From the IMG/VR virus record IMGVR_UViG_3300049561_000021, positions 1 through 62,400 of that record: DNA of 62,400 bases; one strand, 5' to 3'. Of this stretch, positions 56,858 to 62,400 are shown piece by piece (within the stretch, counting starts at the first letter, position 1; each line of letters opens with the position of its first letter). Made by a program: the position numbers and the translations under genes. Source of the DNA: a virus. Its lineage: Duplodnaviria > Caudoviricetes. Under the pieces are notes generated by a model, which was not told the DNA's origin, made no database searches, and saw nothing but the letters and a program-made list of their open reading frames with translations.

Positions 56858-57210
56858 ATTGTCTTTTCATCTTTAACCGTTAAAATTCCACTCATAACCG
56901 TCATAATAGAAGTTCCATTTGCAATTTGCATATCATAAATGTACTTTCCTTCATTCTCAAATCCTATTACAGAAAATAATGTAATTGTATTACTATAAAG
57001 AATTATTGATGGAATAGTTCCTATTGATGTAAATGATTTTATTAAAGTTTTATTAATACTAAAATCTCTTACACTCATTGTAACAACCATTGATGTTAAA
57101 TCATAATCAATACCATTTTTCTTTATTAAAAATGCCATATCAATAGAATCATTTTTAATAAATTCTAAATTCATGTTAACATATTCAACATTATATGCAA
57201 TAGTTATCAT
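56854..57210 (-). CDS. Ig/BppU-like structural domain protein
   Basis: YDLT..VTMSVR...GKYIYDMQI...SG.LTV. Confidence 0.65.
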   Translation of the reverse strand: MITIAYNVEYVNMNLEFIKNDSIDMAFLIKKNGIDYDLTSMVVTMSVRDFSINKTLIKSFTSIGTIPSIILYSNTITLFSVIGFENEGKYIYDMQIANGTSIMTVMSGILTVKDEKTI

Positions 57211-57214
57211 ATTA

Positions 57215-57418
57215 TTAAGATTTTAATTTTACATCCACTGCACACATTCCTTTTTTACCAGGTTCTAAATCATATATTACAATATCATCCTTCTTAACAC
57301 GATCAATTGCTTTCGAAGTATGAAAGAAGTATTCTTCCCCACTATTATCCGTAATAAATCCGTAACCTTTTGACTCGTTAAAAAACTTTACTTTTCCTGT
57401 ATTTACTAAATTTGCCAT
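57215..57418 (-). CDS. Cold-shock domain protein
   Basis: GKVKFFNESKGYGFI (RNP1), YFFH (RNP2), GKKG..AVDV; start taken at ATG 57418. Confidence 0.92.
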   Translation of the reverse strand: MANLVNTGKVKFFNESKGYGFITDNSGEEYFFHTSKAIDRVKKDDIVIYDLEPGKKGMCAVDVKLKS

Positions 57419-57429
57419 TTTATTGTATT

Positions 57430-58335
57430 TTAATTTACTACCACTGGAATTACACAACATCTGCAAAAAGGGTGAACTGGAATCATTTTTTCTGCTTCAT
57501 CTAGTGTATATGGTCCACCTTGTTCTAATTCTAAACATTTACCACATACTCTTTCATCTCCCGCTGTTACTAATTCTGCTTTTACTATTACTCCAAGTAC
57601 AGCCCAATTTCGATACTCTTGAATAGTTGCGAGATGGTGTGCTCGAATTATCTCTGTCCTTGCTATCATTTCTGCTCTCAACCTTGCTGGAATAAATCTG
57701 CCTAATGAATCAGTTAATCCTAAATCACCAACACCTTCTCCATTTATAACAGCAACAAGTTTTCGTGCAATCAATGAAGGACTATCTCCATTTATAAAAC
57801 CCTCAGCAAGTACTCGACTCATAAAAGAGGCCATTTGATCAGTTACACCTTTCAAGTCAGAAAGCACACGAGCAAATTCTAATCCCATTCTATCAAGATG
57901 TAAAGGATTTGCTATTACAATATCAATTCCACCTGTCTCTTCAATTGTAGGAACTTTATAACCCGCTTTAATTAATTCTTGTCTTGCTCTTATTACCCCA
58001 CGTTGATAAGCATCTAATAAATATTTATTAAACCATACTGTAGCAAATAAAGCTTTATTCAATAAACTAATATCAACTTGCTTTTGTAACCATTCTATAA
58101 ATTTTGCAATTTTATTTTGACTATTATCATACCCAAACTCCTGCCATTGAGTTGAAACAACGTCCTGATATGTTATAACGTCAGTAAATCCAAAGCAGTT
58201 ATTTTCTATTACACTCTTTTTAATAACCTTAATAATCTCATCAAAACGATGCAGCATTTCTCTACTAAACAGATTTCTCAATGCTGTCGTATGTGTTGGA
58301 TCAATACTTCTTTTATATATTGTTACTTCAATCAT
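57430..58335 (-). CDS. Minor head protein (SPP1 gp7 / Mu gpF family)
   Basis: RAEMIARTE, TAGDERVC..C, PVHPFCRC. Confidence 0.9.
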   Translation of the reverse strand: MIEVTIYKRSIDPTHTTALRNLFSREMLHRFDEIIKVIKKSVIENNCFGFTDVITYQDVVSTQWQEFGYDNSQNKIAKFIEWLQKQVDISLLNKALFATVWFNKYLLDAYQRGVIRARQELIKAGYKVPTIEETGGIDIVIANPLHLDRMGLEFARVLSDLKGVTDQMASFMSRVLAEGFINGDSPSLIARKLVAVINGEGVGDLGLTDSLGRFIPARLRAEMIARTEIIRAHHLATIQEYRNWAVLGVIVKAELVTAGDERVCGKCLELEQGGPYTLDEAEKMIPVHPFCRCCVIPVVVN

Positions 58336-59771
58336 TTCACTGTTCTTGTAATAGGTTGTTTAGGTTGAGCTGCAGGTTGTGTAAATGACTTTACTGCTTG
58401 TTGTGTTCTTTGCTCTTCAAGTATTTCTGTATTCATCCCATCCTCTACACTTGCAATGTCATCTGGTTGTAATCCTAATCCATGCTTTAAGAAATCTTTT
58501 GGAGACATTACTACCTCTGCTGTTGGAGAACTTGTATAATTTTTAAGTGCTGCTGAACGGTCAAGCCCAATCTTTACACGGTCAGCTTCTGAAACAGCAA
58601 ATAAATCTGACCATTTTACCGTATACTTTCCTTTATTTGGAACGGGGAGTATTTTTAATTCTATCAAACGATTTACAAATGGTCGGACAATTCTTAATTC
58701 TGCAAAATCTTCTCTACGAGATTTTACATAAATTTTATATTCTAATGTATCTTGTGCTGAACTTAATTCCCCACGTTCCGTTCCAACCAAGACTCTTTTT
58801 GGGATACCTGTCGCTGCGGAAATCATTTGAATTTGTACGTCTACATGCGTTGCGGGATCAGCAATCTGTTGAGCAAGTGCCTTTAAATCAATTCCTTCAG
58901 AAATTAATATCCTACGTAAATTATGCTCAAACTCATCTACTTGATCTTTCAAGTCAGTCATAGTAGCATCAGTAACTTGATAGTCTTTACCTGCAACACC
59001 ACTATAACCTGGACGAGCTCCACGCCAAAACATTTCAGCATCACCTCCAACTAATTTCTCAAGATCCATGAGTCTGTTAAAAACAGCTTCCAAACGAGGT
59101 GAACCTTCTATTTCACTTTCTATAATATCATCAACAATATGAACAATACGACTGTAATGTACTGTAATATTCATACTGTTTCCTTGTTCTGCTTGTTGAA
59201 CAGTAATATTGTAATTTAATGGTAGCCCATATCTTGGGTCAGTTGGTTCAGTAACATATGCATTTATTAAGGCACTACCTTCCCCAAAAGGACGTAAATA
59301 AACTAATTTGCTTCCTACTCTTGCCGGGTTTTTAAAATTTTCAATATTACTTGTATCATCTAATCCAAGTAAAAGTGCCCCATATTTCCCTAACCCTGCA
59401 CACTTATCTGCACGTAAAAAAATAGATTTTAAAGAGAATTGATTATCTAATTCTTTCCATTTCTTTTCAAGCGCTGTTTCTTCACCTTTATTAGAATCCG
59501 TAATGATTAAATCACCTTGCCACGTTGCCTTTGCTGGACGATCAATGACTGCTTTAGCTATATCTTGCCTGTCGTACCTAAGAACAAAATCATTATATAC
59601 TAATGTTGTTTTATAGCCTAATGCTTCATAAATGTCTCTTGCACCACCATATGATTGTACACCAAGAGACGATGCAAGAGACATTCGTGCTACAAGTGCA
59701 CTTGCAAATGTTGCTAATTGTTCATTAGTAACTAAATCCTTATTTACTTGTTTAGATACTCGATTTACCAT
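58332..59771 (-). CDS. Portal protein (DUF1073 family)
   Basis: DIAKAVID.PA..TW, YGLP, VHYSRIVH, TGIPKRVLVG.ERGEL. Confidence 0.88.
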   Translation of the reverse strand: MVNRVSKQVNKDLVTNEQLATFASALVARMSLASSLGVQSYGGARDIYEALGYKTTLVYNDFVLRYDRQDIAKAVIDRPAKATWQGDLIITDSNKGEETALEKKWKELDNQFSLKSIFLRADKCAGLGKYGALLLGLDDTSNIENFKNPARVGSKLVYLRPFGEGSALINAYVTEPTDPRYGLPLNYNITVQQAEQGNSMNITVHYSRIVHIVDDIIESEIEGSPRLEAVFNRLMDLEKLVGGDAEMFWRGARPGYSGVAGKDYQVTDATMTDLKDQVDEFEHNLRRILISEGIDLKALAQQIADPATHVDVQIQMISAATGIPKRVLVGTERGELSSAQDTLEYKIYVKSRREDFAELRIVRPFVNRLIELKILPVPNKGKYTVKWSDLFAVSEADRVKIGLDRSAALKNYTSSPTAEVVMSPKDFLKHGLGLQPDDIASVEDGMNTEILEEQRTQQAVKSFTQPAAQPKQPITRTVK

Positions 59772-61306
59772 TACGTAATTCTCCTTGCTGTTCTTCGTTG
59801 CATTATTAAATTAAATCCTGCTGCCGTAGCATCTACTTGATCCTTGAAATTTCCAAATGGGAAAAAGCGAAATTCTTCTATAAATTCATGATTCCATTCT
59901 CCACGTAGAAGCATAATATTACCTTCATTCACTTGGACTGCAAAAGGTTCTGCACGATAAACTTTATCACCATGTGGTAAATCTTTCTTTACCACAAATC
60001 CTGCTAAATTTCTTACCGTTGCTTCTGCTGATTCTTTTCCACCTGACCCAGGCTCTTGCTCAATTCCAATTTCAAATTCCCTTCCGTCTGCTAATGCTGT
60101 TTGTTTTATAATTTGTTCCCTACGTTCTGCTGCCCATTGTCCTTTCCTAACATCTATAATAATTACATGATTGTTCATAAGTCGAATCATCTTCACGCCT
60201 GCTGTTCTCTTTCCAGCACCTTCCGTTCCAGCCTTATCCCAATATCGTATTCTTGCTACCCAACTAATTGCATTTGGAAGTGAATCTATAATTTGAAAAT
60301 TAGCAACTTTAAACATACCTCCTCCAGGTGGTGTTGGGTGTTGTCCTACCTGTCCTGCATATCCATACACTCCTAAGTCTGCTTCCATTTCCTTTAACGA
60401 TTTCCAACTTAAACGAGTTGGGTCGAGTAATTCATCTTTATAAAACTTTTCTAACTCAGGTGGGTTTAATTGTTCACGATAATTTCGAATTTCACCTGGA
60501 AGACAAATATGTCGAATTATTTTATCTTTCTTATCCAATAAATGTCCTGTAGGATCTTTTTGGTGAAGACGCTGCATTACCATAATTGTTACTGAAACTT
60601 CCTTATCAGCCTTACGTGTACTTGCCGATTGGTCTACCCAATTATTTGCTGTATTCAGCATAGATTCCGAAACTGCTTGTTTTGGATTAATTGGATCATC
60701 CCAAATGTTAATGTGTCCATGAAATCCTGTGATTGTTCCACCTACGGATGTTGAAAACCTACCTCCCCCAAATATTGTACGCTGCTTACGCCCAACTTCA
60801 TCAACCTCCCGTATTGCTATACGGTAATTAGATTTAGTATTTTTATTCTCTTTAATGAAAATATTTGGGTAAAGTAGGGCAAATTTATCAGAACGCATAA
60901 TGTCACGACTTTTCTCTGCACTTTCAAGAGAGAGGTCAGAGGAGTATGATCCTGTAATAAAACGCATCCATGGCCATTTCGTCCAACACCATACAGGAAA
61001 CATAATTGAGCAAACTATGGTTTTCGTAGTACCTGGTGGGATATTAATAATTAAATCATATAATTTCTTCTCACGGTTTCCAACTCTCCCTGCAATTTCC
61101 TCTAACTCCTTACACAAATATTCTATATGCCAATTTGTCTTAAACTCGTCCTCCACTATTTCATTCCAAAATACCTGGATAAATTCATACAATGATAATC
61201 CTCCCATTGAAAGTAATACTGCGAAAGGATTATCTAATACTTTTTGAAGTACTTCCTCTTTTGCTTTACGCTTTGAATGTCTCTTTTCAATTACCGGATA
61301 CTCCAT
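59771..61306 (-). CDS. terL: Terminase large subunit
   Basis: INIPPGTTKT, ITGFHG...DDP, MQRLH, YWDKA, EQEPGSGG, DQVDA. Confidence 0.95.
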   Translation of the reverse strand: MEYPVIEKRHSKRKAKEEVLQKVLDNPFAVLLSMGGLSLYEFIQVFWNEIVEDEFKTNWHIEYLCKELEEIAGRVGNREKKLYDLIINIPPGTTKTIVCSIMFPVWCWTKWPWMRFITGSYSSDLSLESAEKSRDIMRSDKFALLYPNIFIKENKNTKSNYRIAIREVDEVGRKQRTIFGGGRFSTSVGGTITGFHGHINIWDDPINPKQAVSESMLNTANNWVDQSASTRKADKEVSVTIMVMQRLHQKDPTGHLLDKKDKIIRHICLPGEIRNYREQLNPPELEKFYKDELLDPTRLSWKSLKEMEADLGVYGYAGQVGQHPTPPGGGMFKVANFQIIDSLPNAISWVARIRYWDKAGTEGAGKRTAGVKMIRLMNNHVIIIDVRKGQWAAERREQIIKQTALADGREFEIGIEQEPGSGGKESAEATVRNLAGFVVKKDLPHGDKVYRAEPFAVQVNEGNIMLLRGEWNHEFIEEFRFFPFGNFKDQVDATAAGFNLIMQRRTARRIT

Positions 61307-61964
61307 GGATTGTGCTAATGTTTTTTATTGCTATACTCTTTACCATTTTTCTTTCTTCCTCTGACAAAACAGTTAAATCTAATTTTTTGGATAATTCTAC
61401 TTGATACCTTGCGTCTACTTCTGTTTTGTTTACGTCTGCCCACAAGTCTCTGTGTCTATTCTTCAAAAAGAAAATAATTGCTGTTACGTCGGGGGCCATG
61501 TGTTTCTGTGTTACTTTTTTTAAGTCTCTAATGTCTCCAAACCTATCTACGTGTTGACTATATTCTACTTCTTCATAGTCATAGCCTAATGCTCTATTCC
61601 CTAATGTTTCACTAACCCTAAACCCAAACATCCATTTACCTTCTTTTAAGGCCTCTATAAAATCAAGGTTTTTAACTTTCCAACTATCAAGTGTTGAGAT
61701 TGTGATTCCAAAAAATTGTGCAATGTCAACATCTCTTGCCCCTAACTTTGCTAAATAGTAAACCTGGCGCATAAAATCATTCCTAAATTTTAGTTCAAAA
61801 TTACCACGCTTTACAAGATTATCAGGCTTACTATAGTCACCATTAGTAATCTTTTCTAGAATTTTTGTATTTTCCTGGTTTACCATTCTAGGGTCTACTA
61901 ATGGGTAATTAGCGATTACATTTCTATGAATAGGCTCACCATTTTTCTTTCGTCTCGTTGCCAT
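61287..61964 (-). CDS. terS: Terminase small subunit
   Basis: LGARDVDIAQFFGI...W HTH, RALGY.YEE, PDVTAIIFFLKNR. Confidence 0.88.
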   Translation of the reverse strand: MATRRKKNGEPIHRNVIANYPLVDPRMVNQENTKILEKITNGDYSKPDNLVKRGNFELKFRNDFMRQVYYLAKLGARDVDIAQFFGITISTLDSWKVKNLDFIEALKEGKWMFGFRVSETLGNRALGYDYEEVEYSQHVDRFGDIRDLKKVTQKHMAPDVTAIIFFLKNRHRDLWADVNKTEVDARYQVELSKKLDLTVLSEEERKMVKSIAIKNISTIHGVSGN

Positions 61965-62010
61965 AATTTCCCGCACTATTATCTATATAAAATTACTATA
62001 ATATACCATT

Positions 62011-62394
62011 TCACTACTCACACCATATTTTACCTAACTTTAAATAACCTGTAACTATTCACACTAATAAAAGATTACTGATACATCTATCTGTACAGAA
62101 AAATAGTCACTACTGTCAACTAAAAATTCTCTAAAATTTTTTTATAAAATTTTTTATCACTAACATAATAGTGAAATGGTGAAATCATACTCATTATAAA
62201 CTATTTTACCATAACCTCTCTATTTAATAAGAAAATAATAGTGACTATTTTTATCACTATTATTCACTAAATATATTCTATAAACCTACTTTACTAATAA
62301 GCATTAAAAAATAATTAAAACAGCGAACCAACTATAATAAAACAATCAATCATATATATATACAATACATACATATGTTATTTTTTAGTCACTA
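62011..62394. repeat. Cluster of TCACTA/TAGTGA hexamers in the non-coding region upstream of terS
   Basis: TCACTA at 62011, 62107, 62157, 62254, 62264, 62389; TAGTGA at 62169, 62239. Confidence 0.6.
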
Positions 62395-62400
62395 TCATTA

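Noticed and set aside
1-62400. Stop-codon reassignment, tRNA genes, integrase or repressor
   Set aside because: Conserved genes are intact in the standard code and end in TAA, TGA or TAG. No cloverleaf or recombinase motif was recognised by eye, so lifestyle cannot be decided from this window.

Overview
A 62.4-kb, very AT-rich segment of a tailed dsDNA phage with a long non-contractile (siphovirus-type) tail. The host is probably in Bacteroidota, inferred from TTTG-N19/20-xATATTTG promoters, A-rich leaders and Bacteroidota-phage-like small genes. Two convergent arms meet at a bidirectional terminator at ~31.3 kb. The + arm carries: a paralogous (Cys-x-x)n repeat protein family; SNF2 helicase, primase, initiator with internal iterons, loader and DnaB-like helicase; a full 7-deazaguanine pathway (QueD, QueE, QueC, PRTase-FolE, QueF, DpdA/TGT-like) with an extra Cys-cluster protein; beta clamp and clamp loader; a family A polymerase split into a UDG-exonuclease gene and an intein-containing polymerase gene; RecA, RuvC, and an SbcC split at its zinc hook. 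The - arm carries terminase, portal, head, neck, tail and lysis genes. A translationally coupled 12-gene glycan synthesis and modification operon sits between the major capsid gene and the head-tail connector. Non-coding signals include a kissing-loop leader/terminator before the replication genes, a candidate sRNA antisense to start-codon regions, a repeated CUAAUCAAG stem-loop after the capsid and tail-tube genes, and a -1 frameshift in the tail chaperone. No tRNA, CRISPR array, integrase or reverse transcriptase was seen. All product calls come from reading motifs by eye, not from database searches.
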